Positions 1 through 10,818 are shown, numbered from the stretch's first letter. The stretch: DNA of 64,000 bases from an uncultured Actinomycetota bacterium (GCA_963836085.1 CAWIHT010000014.1:7187-71186); one strand, 5' to 3'. Notes: generated by a model from the letters alone, not told the origin. Translations and numbers: made by a program.

Positions 1-1
1 T

Positions 2-1129
2 GGCAGCGATCGGGTTAGCGGATCAGCGGAGCGTGTTCCATCAGCCACCGAGACCACTCAAGGGGTGCCTTCATCGACCACGTCTGCAGCTACGTCTCCA
101 AGCACCACTGCTGCGGCAACGACCACGACATCGACTGCCGCGACGAGCACTTCTGCCAGTGCCGCCAGTTCGTCCACAACTACGCTCGCTGATCGTGGGC
201 TTCCACCGTTCTTCCGGTATGGCTCCTTTGGTGTGATCAAGACTGAGGACGGCAAGGAGACACTCATCGTCGATGAACCAGTTGCGTCCGTCTGGAGTGA
301 CGGCGTTGGTGGGCTGGTGTTCTCCTACCACTGGCTCGCCGAGGTCCCTGCACTATGGCGCCTCATGCCCGGAATGCGCGATCCCAGCGCCGTCACGCCT
401 GAGTCGGTGTGGGGCGGGACGGTTGTGAATCTCGACGGCCGCGCCGCCATCGTGCGCTCGGACGCCTGGGAAGATCGGTTGTGCGAGTCCGGCTCGATCG
501 GGGTCTATGACCTGGAGACAGGTCAGCGAAACGATTTCGTCCAATGCGCAGGAGAAGGCGACGTCGGCTGGTTCCCGACCACCTACGGCGGCGGGCTCTT
601 TTCGGGCGTGAGGCAAGATGCCGTGGGATCGTGCGGAACCGACAGTGGGATCCTGTTCTGGGATCAGTCCGGCGCCGATGTCCGCGTCGCCACCAATCCG
701 TACCCGATGCACAGCCCATGGGGAGACGCCACTCCCGAGTGGATTCCGTGTGAACTCGACGCCCGTCTTTCTGCGGACGGACGTCTCCTCGCATACCGAT
801 TCCGACCTGACAACAAGTGGCCTTGCCCCGAATACGACGATGTGCCGTACGAGGATTGGCTCGAGGGGTCCCGCAACATCCGAGGGGAAGTGGTTGTGCT
901 CGACCTCGGGACCGGAGCCGAAGTCTTCCGAGCCGATAGTCCAGCCGAGGAGCGACTGGCCGATTTCGATGGACGGTTCCTTGTCCTCACGACCGCAGAC
1001 CGGCGGGACGATGTTCCGCTGAATCAACGCGATTGGTCGTACGAGAGCAGGATCGTTGATGTCACTGCCGCCAACCCCGATCACAATGTCGATGGTCGAG
1101 TGCGCCTTGTCTGGACCGCCACTGGCTAG
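2..1129 (+). CDS. hypothetical secreted protein, 5'-partial (Ser/Thr-rich linker followed by a globular domain)
   Basis: The reading frame stays open back to the window start; the track ORF 65..1129 begins at an internal GTG. A low-complexity S/T tract precedes non-repetitive sequence. No family recognised. Confidence 0.55.
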   Translation, partial: GSDRVSGSAERVPSATETTQGVPSSTTSAATSPSTTAAATTTTSTAATSTSASAASSSTTTLADRGLPPFFRYGSFGVIKTEDGKETLIVDEPVASVWSDGVGGLVFSYHWLAEVPALWRLMPGMRDPSAVTPESVWGGTVVNLDGRAAIVRSDAWEDRLCESGSIGVYDLETGQRNDFVQCAGEGDVGWFPTTYGGGLFSGVRQDAVGSCGTDSGILFWDQSGADVRVATNPYPMHSPWGDATPEWIPCELDARLSADGRLLAYRFRPDNKWPCPEYDDVPYEDWLEGSRNIRGEVVVLDLGTGAEVFRADSPAEERLADFDGRFLVLTTADRRDDVPLNQRDWSYESRIVDVTAANPDHNVDGRVRLVWTATG

Positions 1130-1395
1130 CGAATCGTCAACGACTACCCGCCCATGTCGGCACATGTGGGCGGCCATGCGATCCGATCAGAAGCCTCTTC
1201 CGTGGCATTCGAGGATCGCAGAACGCATCGAGGCCGAAGCGTGCCTTTTCGCGCCGTGAATGCGCTACTGCCGCCGCGCGACGGTTCGGACGACGTGCGT
1301 TGCGCTACGGACCCAGAGCGATATTGAAACGACGCTTGGACGGGAGCCGGTCATGCTCGCCGCCGCTAACCGGGGCGGCACCTACCCTGATCGAC

Positions 1396-1767
1396 ATGCC
1401 TGTGAACCTGTCGCTCGTCGACTTCGAGGAGCTGGTCGCCGAAGCGCTCGATTCCATACCGGATGATCTCGCCGCCCACATCGAGAACGTCGCGGTACAG
1501 GTCCAGGACTGGCCGAATCACAGCCAGACACGCGCCCACGGGGGCATGTTGCTCGGCCTCTACGAGGGTGTGAGCTTGACCCGCCGCGGTCCGATCTCGT
1601 ACACGGGCGCCATGCCGGATCGGATCACCATCTTCCGGGGTCCTCACCTCCGCATCGCCTCCGACCGTGATCAACTCCGGCGACGGATCGCAACCACCGT
1701 GGTTCACGAAGTCGGGCACCACTTCGGGATCTCGGACGAGCGACTACTCGAACTGGGATGGGCGTGA
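1396..1767 (+). CDS. small zincin-like metallopeptidase family protein (DUF1025/Zincin_1-like)
   Basis: HExxH-type motif 'VVHEVGHHFGISDE' near the C-terminus. The internal ATG at 1396 (MPVNLSLVDFEEL...) gives the typical ~120-aa size; the upstream part of ORF 1300..1767 is Arg-rich and looks non-coding. Confidence 0.75.
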   Translation: MPVNLSLVDFEELVAEALDSIPDDLAAHIENVAVQVQDWPNHSQTRAHGGMLLGLYEGVSLTRRGPISYTGAMPDRITIFRGPHLRIASDRDQLRRRIATTVVHEVGHHFGISDERLLELGWA

Positions 1768-1789
1768 CATTCCGGTTCCCGCGCTGCAC

Positions 1790-2480
1790 CATTCCCGCCG
1801 GTGCATCACCTCGACCAGCACATCCCTCCGGAGCGGGATATCGTAAGCAGCGGTCCGTTGTAGCCAACGATGCATGGCCCAAGAAGCATCACCACACATA
1901 CATCTGGCGGTGAATCGCGGCAGTCACGGACAGGGTCATACCTTCGCGCCGAAGCCCTCACCGAAGATCGCCTGATGCTTTCGCCACAGAGCGTCGCTCC
2001 TCAAGCAGAGCATCCAGAGCACAACACTTCTGGCAAGAACCGCGTCATTTACCAAGACCCTTGGCGCGTAAGGGTTCCTAGCGCACCCGTTGCGCACACG
2101 CTGCACCAGGGAAAGCGGGTCCAGGTCCGAAAGTGCGGCGACCGGGAAGAACAGGCCTCGTGAGATCGAGGCGCTTTTTGGCCGAGGCGTCGCGGCGCCC
2201 GCACACCACGCCCGTTCCACCAAGGACGCTTCTCCTTGGAAGCCCGCCCTGCGCTCTCACTTGGTCGGCCCTATCACTCTCGTCAAGCACCGTCGCTCTG
2301 TGGCCTGCCTAGTGGTACGGGATCCGGTGAACCGACGTTCTGGTGGGGCGTCACCCCATTCGACCGTACCCGGTATCCGAAAATGCTGGCAAGGCTGAGC
2401 CCGTCCACAGAGTTGCTGGTCGAGGTTCTAGCAGCGGCCGAAGGCGACGATCCCGGGAAGCGTCGCTAGGAGCGAGTCGC
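1790..2480 (-). pseudogene. decayed tyrosine recombinase/integrase remnant
   Basis: Minus-strand fragments in different frames: 'LGHASLATTDRCLRY' (compare 'LGHASLATTDTYLSHI' of the intact integrase at 47770..48426); '...VEVMHRREW' (compare 'VIETIGKREW'); and 'GLFFPV...VVLWMLCLRSDALW...GEGFGAKV', resembling the LF.../HxLRH region. Interrupted by stops and frameshifts. Confidence 0.4.
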
Positions 2481-2667
2481 CGGTTCCTCATCGATGGGAA
2501 CGCGGCGCTTCTGTCGGCGGTGATCCAACAGTCGACAGGTCACAAATGCCAGGCTGGCATTTCAGCGCCAACTACCCATAGGCGCGTCGAGTGGAAGGGC
2601 GTACGATGGGGGAAGATGGCGGGGTCTCGGAAGAGACGCGTGGGGGTTCATCACGCGGGAGTTTTCC

Positions 2668-4427
2668 ATGCGAAACCGCCCCGTCTTCACCATCTTCAGC
2701 CATCTTGCTCGTCGTCGGAGGCGTCACGTTTGGATCGGTCGATCCGGCCGAGGGAACCCATCCCGGCAGCAACGGCAGAATCGCTTTGTCAGCAACCCCG
2801 AACACGGGGGAGAGTCCGACATCTGGATGCTGAATCTGATGGATCGGATCTCCGGAATGTAACGAACACGACAAGCGAGCCGAACTCCATCTGCGCGGTC
2901 ACCCGATGGCCGGCGCCTCGCCTACACGGCGTTCGGGAGACGGCCGCCATCATCAGGATCCTCGACGACTGACAGTTCTACAAGAGACTTTGTCCCCCTG
3001 CCGGGTCGCTCTGTACTCAACCCGGCCTGGTCCCCGGATGGCGTGCGCTTGGCGTTCGAAGCGACCGACGACTTCTCCGCCTACGACATCTGGACCGCGA
3101 ACATCGACGGATCCGACCCAGTGAATGTCACGCAGGGCGCCGGCGGCTCAAGCCGGCACCCTACTGGTCGCCGGACGGAACCCGCATCGCATTCACCAGC
3201 GACGGCCAGCACAGCGACATCTTCGCAATCGACATCGATGGCCAGAATCGCACCAACCTGACCGACAACCCTCTCGGCGACCTCAGACCGAGTTGGTCCC
3301 CCGACGGCACCCGAATCATCTTCGATCCCAACGCCACTGGGACAACCCTCCCTACTCCAACTACGACATCTACTCGATGGCGGCAGATGGTTCCGCTGTC
3401 CAATGCCTGACCTCTCACCAACGAAATACCTGAGCGGTCCGGTTTCCCGACGGATCCAAGATCGCATTCGTGTCACAGGTGGACAGCGATCCCGGACCCG
3501 CCAACAGCCTCGGACCGATGAATGTCTTGATCATGAACGCCGATGGAAGCAGCATCACGCACCTGGCAGGTGACAGCGGCTCATACGAAGTTGACCCGTC
3601 CTGGGGGCAACTTCCCAACCACGCCCCCCGGGCGGTTCACGACGAGGTTGCACTGCTGCGCGGTGGCTCCGCCGTGATCCCGATCCTCGACAACGACATC
3701 GACGGCGACGGGGATCCACTTGTCGTCACAATCGCGTCGCCGCCTGAACACGGTTCGCTCTCATCGAACGGTGACGGCTCCTACACCTATGTCCACGACA
3801 ACTCGGTTGTCCCGACGTCGGACAGCTTCATCTACCAGGTGACCGACTGGGAGGACACTGACACGGCAAGTGTCTCCATCACGATCAGAACTCGATTCGA
3901 TGACGTCCCGACCGAGCACATCTTCTTCGCCGACATCGGCTGGCTCGGAGACGCTGGTATCACCAGGGGCTGCAATCCTCCTGCCAACACGATGTTCTGC
4001 CCCGATCACCTCGTGACGCGTGGCCAGATGGCGGCGTTCCTGGTGCGAGCCCTCGGTTACACCGACGACGGCGGCGGAGACCTCTTCGTCGACGATGACG
4101 GCTCGGTGTTCGAAGCCGACATCGACCGACTGGGCACAGCAGGAGTGACGAAAGGCTGCAACCCACCGACCAACTACAAGTTCGTCCGAGGACGATGTGA
4201 CGCGTGGCCAGATGGCGGCGTTCCTGGTGCGAGCCCTCGGTTAACCGATGACGCGGTGAAGACCTTTCGTCGACGATGACGGCATCTTCGAGGGGACATC
4301 GACCGGTTGGGGACGGCTGGGTGACGAAGGCTGCAACCCACCGACCAACGACAAGATCTGTTCAAAGGACGATGTCGCCGGCGAGATGGCGGCGTTCCTG
4401 CATAGAGCGTTGAGTTCAACACCGTAA
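2668..4427 (+). pseudogene. multiply frameshifted surface protein: signal anchor, PD40/TolB-like beta-propeller repeats, cadherin/Ig-like domain, three Cys-containing SLH-like repeats
   Basis: PD40-type strings are spread over all three + frames ('DIWMLN', 'DIWTANIDGSDPVNVTQ', 'WSPDGTRIAFTSDGQHSDIFAIDIDGQNRTNLTDNPLGDLRPSWSPDGTRIIF', 'NYDIYSMAADGS', 'FPDGSKIAFVSQVD'). ORF 3470..4279 carries 'ILDNDIDGDGDPLVV...' and the repeat 'ITRGCNPPANTMFCPDHLVTRGQMAAFLVRAL'. The last two repeats are broken by indels (4180-4427). Confidence 0.6.
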
Positions 4428-4429
4428 CT

Positions 4430-5074
4430 GTGAACACTGTCGTGCTTGCGGACGGCCTCGAGACCTACCCGGTGGCGACCTATCCGAGCAACGGCGGGTG
4501 GTATTCGGAATGGAGCGGGCGTGAAGCGTACGCGTCCGACGCGTATGCCTCCAGCGGTCACCAGAGCTTCCGCCTATCCGGGTTTGGCGGATGGGTTCGC
4601 ACCGACGCACTCGCCCTTGATTTGTCGGCAGCAATGAGCCTCACCACGAAGTGGCCGTGTACTGCTCGTCCGAATATATCAACTGCGCCGAAGTCGGCTT
4701 CTCGTGAGAACGAAATCGAACGAGAGTTGGGCGTACAACTCATTCCATTTCCACGAGAACCGCCACCAATCAACGTGAAAGGCACCGGCCCGCGTATCGG
4801 CGGCCCACCGGGCGCCGACGAAGTCGATACGGGCCTCGTGTGGGAGTACGACCGTTGGTATCTCCTTCGTGCCGACATCGACTTCGCGGAGGGCACCGTC
4901 GATTTCTGGATCGACGGCAAGCAGGTTGCCGAGGACCTGATCGCAGCTCCCAGGGAAGCGACGGGCATCTTCCAGCTGTCCACCAACTATGGCTACGAGG
5001 ACGCCGCGGTCTACTTCGACTACATCAGTGTCGAGATCGTGACCCGCCGGGAGAGCAATCACGCACAGGTCTGA
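4430..5074 (+). CDS. hypothetical LamG/concanavalin-like protein, probably internally frameshifted
   Basis: The C-terminal 'WYLLRADIDFAEGTVDFWIDGKQVAEDL...AAVYFDYISVEIV' is typical of LamG-like jelly-rolls. The middle of the ORF reads poorly, while an alternative frame gives 'HHEVAVYCSSEYINCAEVGFS'. Confidence 0.35.
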   Translation: MNTVVLADGLETYPVATYPSNGGWYSEWSGREAYASDAYASSGHQSFRLSGFGGWVRTDALALDLSAAMSLTTKWPCTARPNISTAPKSASRENEIERELGVQLIPFPREPPPINVKGTGPRIGGPPGADEVDTGLVWEYDRWYLLRADIDFAEGTVDFWIDGKQVAEDLIAAPREATGIFQLSTNYGYEDAAVYFDYISVEIVTRRESNHAQV

Positions 5075-5321
5075 CACCGTGCGACGCTACCGACGCATGG
5101 ACCTCCGGATGCTGACGAGACGGGAGCGTGGCCCGCGGTTGTAGCGTCCTCGCCGGAGTGCGTCTGGATGTCGCCTGTGGAATGCGGCCTGGCAGCGTCT
5201 CCGGTCGGAATCGCAGCGCCTCGGACTTCTACCGAGCCTCAAAGAGCATGCAAACCGGACCCTCACCGCCCGACCTAGGCGTGCAACGCCAGCCACATCA
5301 TCCCTCCCAGCGAGACAGGGG

Positions 5322-7593
5322 CTACCGGAACGCTCGGTGGAGGAACGCTGCCATCTGACCCCGGGTCACATTCCCTTTCGGACAGAATCGGTCATTGGCC
5401 GGAGGGTTGCAGCCTTTCGTCACCCCAGCGTCCCAACCGGTCGATGTCGCCCTCGAAGACGCTGTCATCGTCGTCCGTGAATCGGTCTCCGCCACCGTCA
5501 TCGGTGTAGCCCAAGGCCCGGACGAGGAACGCTGCCATCTGTTCCCTGGTCACTCACCATCGGGACAGAACCGATCGTTCGCGGGCGGGTTCAGCCTTCG
5601 TGATACCGGTGGCCGATAGCCACGCGATGTCGACAGCGAAGGTAGAGACGTCATCGTCGGTGAAGTCGATCGGGTCGCCCGTTGGCTTGACGATGCCCTC
5701 CAGGGCACGATGGAGAAAGGTGGCCATCTCGCCGCGGGTACGACGGCGTCGGGGCAGAACCGGTCGTTGAACGGCGGATTGCAGCCTCTCGTGATTCCGG
5801 CCGCCGCCAACCACTCGATGTCGGCCTCGAACACCGAGCCGTCATCATCGCCGAAGCTGTCCGCACTCGGGTCCACGACGACGTCGAGGGGTCCGCCTAT
5901 GTCAACTACGTTCACCGTCACCTCGGCATCGATATCGTGGATCCCGTCGGACACCGTCACCGTTGCCGTGTGCTTGGTAGCGGTCTCGTAGTCCAGGCTT
6001 CCAATCAGGCTCACCGTCCCGGTCGTAGCTTCCACCTCGAGCAGTCTGCGCGTTGCCGGCAGTTATCGCATACGCCAGTGGATCGCCGTCAGGATCGCTC
6101 GCCTCGATCGCGCCGATCACGCCCAAGGACGTGTTTCGGGAAGCGATACCGTCAAGGCCTGGACGTGGGGCGGGATCCCGCAACGGTGTAGTTATGGGTC
6201 ACCGTTCGTGCATTTCTGGCTATGTCTGTCCAGCGACTTCGAAAACGTGAGCACCAGTCGTCGATGTGTCGATGGCAACCACACTCGACCGGTCCGACAG
6301 GACAGAAGGCCCGATCCGGCATCGCTGCACACGTAGCTAGCTATGACAACGGAATCGCGTCCGTACGTGGCCCCATCCGATGGGCTCACGATCGACACGG
6401 TCGGCCAGCATCGGCGAACACATGAACTGCCCCTCTGCGGCTGCCGGCTGCATCGTCGCCAGCAGCGCCAGCCACGATCCAACCGCTGTCCATCGCTACT
6501 GAGCCACCCAGACTGTCTTCAGCCGCGGCATTTGGATCGGTCAACTTGTGCACGTGCACCCAGTCTTTTTTTGACGACCCGGGCAAAGACGTGGACCACG
6601 CTATGTCAGTCGTCGTCGCCCACAGCTCCCGCCACCATCACATCACCCTGGATCGCGACCGACGCCCGCCCAAGAAGTCACCGTACTCGGGGCTGGGATG
6701 AACCAGTACCTGTTCTTGTCCCCAATGCCCAGTGATCGAATTCAATCTGAACACATGAACAGCACCTTCGACAGCAACGGCGTTGTATTGCCGAAAGCAC
6801 CGGCGACGATGCGATCGCCCTCGATTCCCACCGATTCGCCGAGTTGGGCTCCAAGGACGGCATCCTGTGTCGGTCAATTCCTGCTCATGCATTCTACATC
6901 TGGCTGGTCCAGGCGTCGAGGCTGAACAGATCAACGGCCCCTTCATTCACACTGCCGCCATCGTCGCCAGGAGCGCCGAGGACAATGCGGCCGTCGCAGA
7001 CAGCCACCGAAGAGCCGAGGAAATCGTTGTCTGCAGCAGTTGGATCGGCGAGGACTTGATCATGCTCCCAAACGCCGGTACCCGTATTGCGCAGTGAACA
7101 CATGCACGCCAGCCACGATCACGTCGCCCTGGATCGCCACCGTTGCACCAAGAGGATCCCCCTCCATACCCCCGGGCTTGGTCAGCTTCTGGTCGAATTC
7201 CCAGTCTCCAGTTGCAGAATCAGGCCGGAATACATAGAGGGAACTGGCGCCGGGGGTCCCGATAACGATCCGATCAGCATCGATCGTCACGGCCTTGCCG
7301 AAGAAGTCGTTCCAGTCGGTCTCCGGATTCGTCAACCGCTGATCGTGTTCGAACTCGCCGGTGGAAGGACTGCGGGTGAAGATGTGTGCCTCCCCCGGGC
7401 TCTCCTCGCCGCCGTAGGCGCCTGCAACGATCACATCTCCAGCGATTGCAACCGAGAGGCCCAATGCAGCCCAGTCCGCCGGGTCCGGGTCCGTCAACTC
7501 GGAATCATGCGCCCACGGTGAATCGGTCGCACTGAAAATTCCCGCGCCGACCACCCAACCCACCAGGGCTAGCAGTGCGACGATCAACATCAT
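5322..7593 (-). pseudogene. multiply frameshifted surface protein: signal anchor, FG-GAP-like repeats, cadherin-like domain, three Cys-containing SLH-like repeats
   Basis: ORF 7060..7662 has 'MMLIVALLALVGWVVGAG' plus repeated 'G.SVAI.GDVIVAGA...HIF / GKAVTIDADRIVIGTPG...LYVF'. The same repeat type continues in other minus frames (6894..7103, 6638..6946, 6386..6586). 'DPDGDPLAYAITAGN' and 'SLIGSLDYETATKHTATVTVSDG' follow, then three 'ITRGCNPP..RFCP..VTRG.MA.FL.RA' repeats with indels (e.g. 'ITKAEPARE' where ITKGCNPPAN is expected). The stop after '...AAFLHRAFR' is at 5322-5324. Confidence 0.6.
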
Positions 7594-8064
7594 CGGCCGC
7601 TCACGGATGACTGATCCATTCGCACCGCGTCCATCGACTACCCCAATCATCCCACTCCACACGCATCCTGGCTACGGGAGAATCGCGGAATATCACCGAG
7701 GATCGGCCCCGATCGGCGTCTCCCGCGCCACCGCATCGACAATCGACCCTTGCCCATGTCGGCAGCACACAAGAATGAGACACGACCGTCAGCAGGTCGA
7801 TCGCAATGACACAAGAGCGCGTTGGCGGATCTCGCTGGAGCCTCGATCCTGCAGCGAACCAACAGCGTCAGCCCGAATCCGCCCGGTTGATGGTTCGCAA
7901 CGCTGTTGACAAGAAGCGTGGCTCTGCCGATGCCTGGTAGCAACGCAGCCACCCTTTGCTCGGATGGCAGCGCTACGGGCGATAGACTTCGTGGCACGAG
8001 GACGCGACAAAGTCGGATTGCGCCTGGGGGCTGGCGCTGACCTCACCCGCCGTCGCAGCCAGAT

Positions 8065-9285
8065 CTAGCCAGCGCCTCCGCTGGTGAGTGAGTAGACGAG
8101 GCGTTCACTGTCGTCGAAGGAGAATGTATTGCCGAGCAGCATCACCAAGTCAACGGCATCGTCGGTGCTGACGGACCAGCAGACATTGCCCGAGATCACG
8201 CCGCTCGGGAACGTCTCACCGGCCTCATCGATGGCGTCGGGATACACCCCACACGTCGCCTCGAATGCCTCGTACGCGACAGCCGATGGCCCCACGGCCT
8301 TCCACTCCATGTCAATCCAGAAGCTCCCCGACTCGGCCCCCGTGTACTCGGCTTCGAGAGTCGCGACAAAGAACTGATTGCCCTCAACAGGCGGATCATT
8401 GAACGAATTCTCAGCCATGACAGCTTCGGTGGCATCAGGTATCACGTCGATGACCCGAATCTTCCAGTCACCCACCTGAGCAAACTCGCCAACTTCGACG
8501 GCTGGGACCTGTGACAGGTCGGCGGACGCGCCCTCGCTAGGTTCGACCGGTGTCATCTCGGGATCCAGGTCGTATACGGTGCGTTCGCTGTCGTCGAATG
8601 AGAATGTGTTGTCGAGGAGCATCACCAAGTCAGCGGCATCATCCGCGCTGACGGACCAGCAAACACCGCCGGCAATGACGCCGCTTGGGAATGTCTCGCC
8701 AGCCTCATCGATGCTGCCAGGGAATACTCCGCAGGTCGCCTCCCACGCCTCGTACGCGACAGCAGATGGGCCCACCGCCTTCCACTCCATGTCGACCCAG
8801 AAGTTGCCCGATTCGGTACCGGTGTACTCGGCTTCAAGCGTGGCGACGAAGAACTGATTGCCTTCAACAGGTGGATCGTTGAACGAATTCTCAGCCATGA
8901 CAATGTCGGTGGCATCAGGTATCACGTCGATGACCCGAACTTTCCAGTCACCCACCTGAGCAAACTCGCCTGCCCGAATGGGAGATTCGAACGTGCCGAC
9001 TTCGTCGTCTGCGGTGGTGGTAGTTGCTTCGGCAGCCGTTGTCGACGTGGTTGTTGTGGCCGACTTGCCATCGGCCCCACCTGATGCTTCCGCCAGTGAG
9101 GTCGTGGATTCGCCGGAGCCAGCGTCACCGGTGGAGGTTGACGGGTCTGCGCTTCCCCCACAGGCAGCGACAAACATCGACAACACGACAACCACCGAGA
9201 CCCACCACCCTCGATGCCGGCGCTTCGATGCTGTCTCTTCAACAGGTGAGATGCTTTTCGCCACGGTGTGCCTCCAGGCCTGCAT
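8065..9285 (-). CDS. lipoprotein with two tandem DUF4352-like domains
   Basis: Signal/lipobox 'VVVVLSMFVAACGG', a Thr-rich linker, then two ~150-aa near-identical modules ('GEFAQVGDWK(V/I)RVIDVIPDAT..VMAENSFNDPPVEGNQFFVATLEAEYTG...'). Confidence 0.8.
   Translation of the reverse strand: MQAWRHTVAKSISPVEETASKRRHRGWWVSVVVVLSMFVAACGGSADPSTSTGDAGSGESTTSLAEASGGADGKSATTTTSTTAAEATTTTADDEVGTFESPIRAGEFAQVGDWKVRVIDVIPDATDIVMAENSFNDPPVEGNQFFVATLEAEYTGTESGNFWVDMEWKAVGPSAVAYEAWEATCGVFPGSIDEAGETFPSGVIAGGVCWSVSADDAADLVMLLDNTFSFDDSERTVYDLDPEMTPVEPSEGASADLSQVPAVEVGEFAQVGDWKIRVIDVIPDATEAVMAENSFNDPPVEGNQFFVATLEAEYTGAESGSFWIDMEWKAVGPSAVAYEAFEATCGVYPDAIDEAGETFPSGVISGNVCWSVSTDDAVDLVMLLGNTFSFDDSERLVYSLTSGGAG
8101..8980. 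repeat. intragenic tandem duplication (period about 480 bp, two copies)
   Basis: 8101-8500 aligns base-for-base with 8581-8980, with scattered substitutions. Long identical runs include 'gaacgaattctcagccatgaca' and 'ggtggcatcaggtatcacgtcgatgacccgaa'. Confidence 0.9.
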
Positions 9286-9611
9286 GGTCGTTCAGACGTA
9301 GTCTTGCTGTCCATCGGCAGGCCTGTAGCCGACCATCAGAGCCGTTCGGCCCTTCGTGTTGCAGATTGGTCGGGTCGCATCTCTCTGGGACGCAAGACAT
9401 ACGTCAGCCACCGACCGGAAACCGTGTCGACGGTCTGTCCTCGCTGCCCATTCTCAGTGTCCCGGGAGAAGAGGCCGCGCTGCGGCGCGGGCCGTCTTCC
9501 CAGTCGCTGCCCAAAGGCCATTCCCCCCTTAAGCCTCTGGTCGCCAGAACTCGGTGAGCCAGGCTGTAGGTATCGTCGGCAGCGTTGCCAGAACAAGGAA
9601 GGGAGCATGCA

Positions 9612-10790
9612 GTGCGGAGGATTCTTCTCGCGGTGCTGGGCGTCGGCTTGAGCGCTGTGATGGTCGGCGCTGCATTGGCGGCGTTGCCGCCAGGTGGCAC
9701 CTTCACGGATGATGACGGCAACGTCCACGAACCGAACATCGAGGCGATAGCCGCCGAGAGCATCACGAAGGGGTGCAACCCGCCAGCGAACAGTCGCTAC
9801 TGCCCGGGCAGTTCGTTGACCCGGGGCCAGATGGCAGCCTTCGTGCGGCGTGCACTCGACCTTCCGGCGTCGAGTATCGACTACTTCATCGACGACAACG
9901 ACTCGGTGTTCGAAGGCGATATCAACGCACTTGCCGAAGCGGGGATCACCAGGGGCTGCAACCCGCCAACAAGCGATCGGTATTGCCCAGACGGAAGCAT
10001 CACTCGAGAGCAGATGGCAGCGTTCCTCCGACGCGCCTTCGACTACCCGGCTTCCGCAGGCGACTTCTTCACCGACGACGACGACTCGATCTTCGAAGCC
10101 GACATCAACGCCATTGCTGATGCCGGTGTCACGCTCGGCTGCAATCCCCCAGGCAACACTCGATATTGCCCATCGGACCTCGTGAAGCGGGATCAGATGG
10201 CGTCGTTCTTCGCCCGCGCCCTCGGTCTGAAGCCGATCTACCCGCCGCCACCAACGACGACGACCAGCACGACCACCACTCGACCGCCGACCTACACCAC
10301 GTTCGGCCCCGGCACACACCGCGTTGGTATCGACATCCCCGCGGGCACCTACCGAAACAGTGGCGACTTGTCCGGCTGCTACTGGGAACGACTCTCTGGC
10401 TTCGGCGGCACGTTCGACGACATCATCGCCAACAACTTCACGAACGTTCGACAGATCGTCGAGGTGAAGGCGTCAGATGCCGGGTTCAAGCCGGACGGAG
10501 ACTGTGGGCAGTGGTCGAGCGACCTGCGACCAGCCAAGGCTCCGACGGCGGGATTCGGAGGCGGCACCTGGCAAGTACCGAGCGAGGTGTCCCCTGGACT
10601 CTGGAGGAACACCCCAAGCGAAGCCGGATGCTACTGGGAAAGGCTTGACGGCTTCTCCGGCGAGTTCGACGACACCATCGCAAACGACTTCATCTCTGAC
10701 AAGGCATCGACCATCGTTCGCGTGGAAGCGAGCGACACTGGCTTCGGCGTTGATGAGGACTGCGGGGCCTGGACCTACCTGGGTCCGTGA
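9612..10790 (+). CDS. secreted protein: signal peptide, three Cys-containing SLH-like repeats, Thr/Pro linker, two 'CYWERL' C-terminal modules
   Basis: A GTG at 9612 lies 6 nt after 'GGAAGGGAG' (the track ORF starts at TTG 9585). Three 'ITxGCNPP...YCP...(T/K)R.QMA.F..RA' repeats are followed by a duplicated ~70-aa module with 'GCYWERL.GF.G.FDD.IAN.F'. Confidence 0.85.
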   Translation: MRRILLAVLGVGLSAVMVGAALAALPPGGTFTDDDGNVHEPNIEAIAAESITKGCNPPANSRYCPGSSLTRGQMAAFVRRALDLPASSIDYFIDDNDSVFEGDINALAEAGITRGCNPPTSDRYCPDGSITREQMAAFLRRAFDYPASAGDFFTDDDDSIFEADINAIADAGVTLGCNPPGNTRYCPSDLVKRDQMASFFARALGLKPIYPPPPTTTTSTTTTRPPTYTTFGPGTHRVGIDIPAGTYRNSGDLSGCYWERLSGFGGTFDDIIANNFTNVRQIVEVKASDAGFKPDGDCGQWSSDLRPAKAPTAGFGGGTWQVPSEVSPGLWRNTPSEAGCYWERLDGFSGEFDDTIANDFISDKASTIVRVEASDTGFGVDEDCGAWTYLGP

Positions 10791-10818
10791 TCGCCACAAG
10801 GCGCGCGGAACGAGACTC

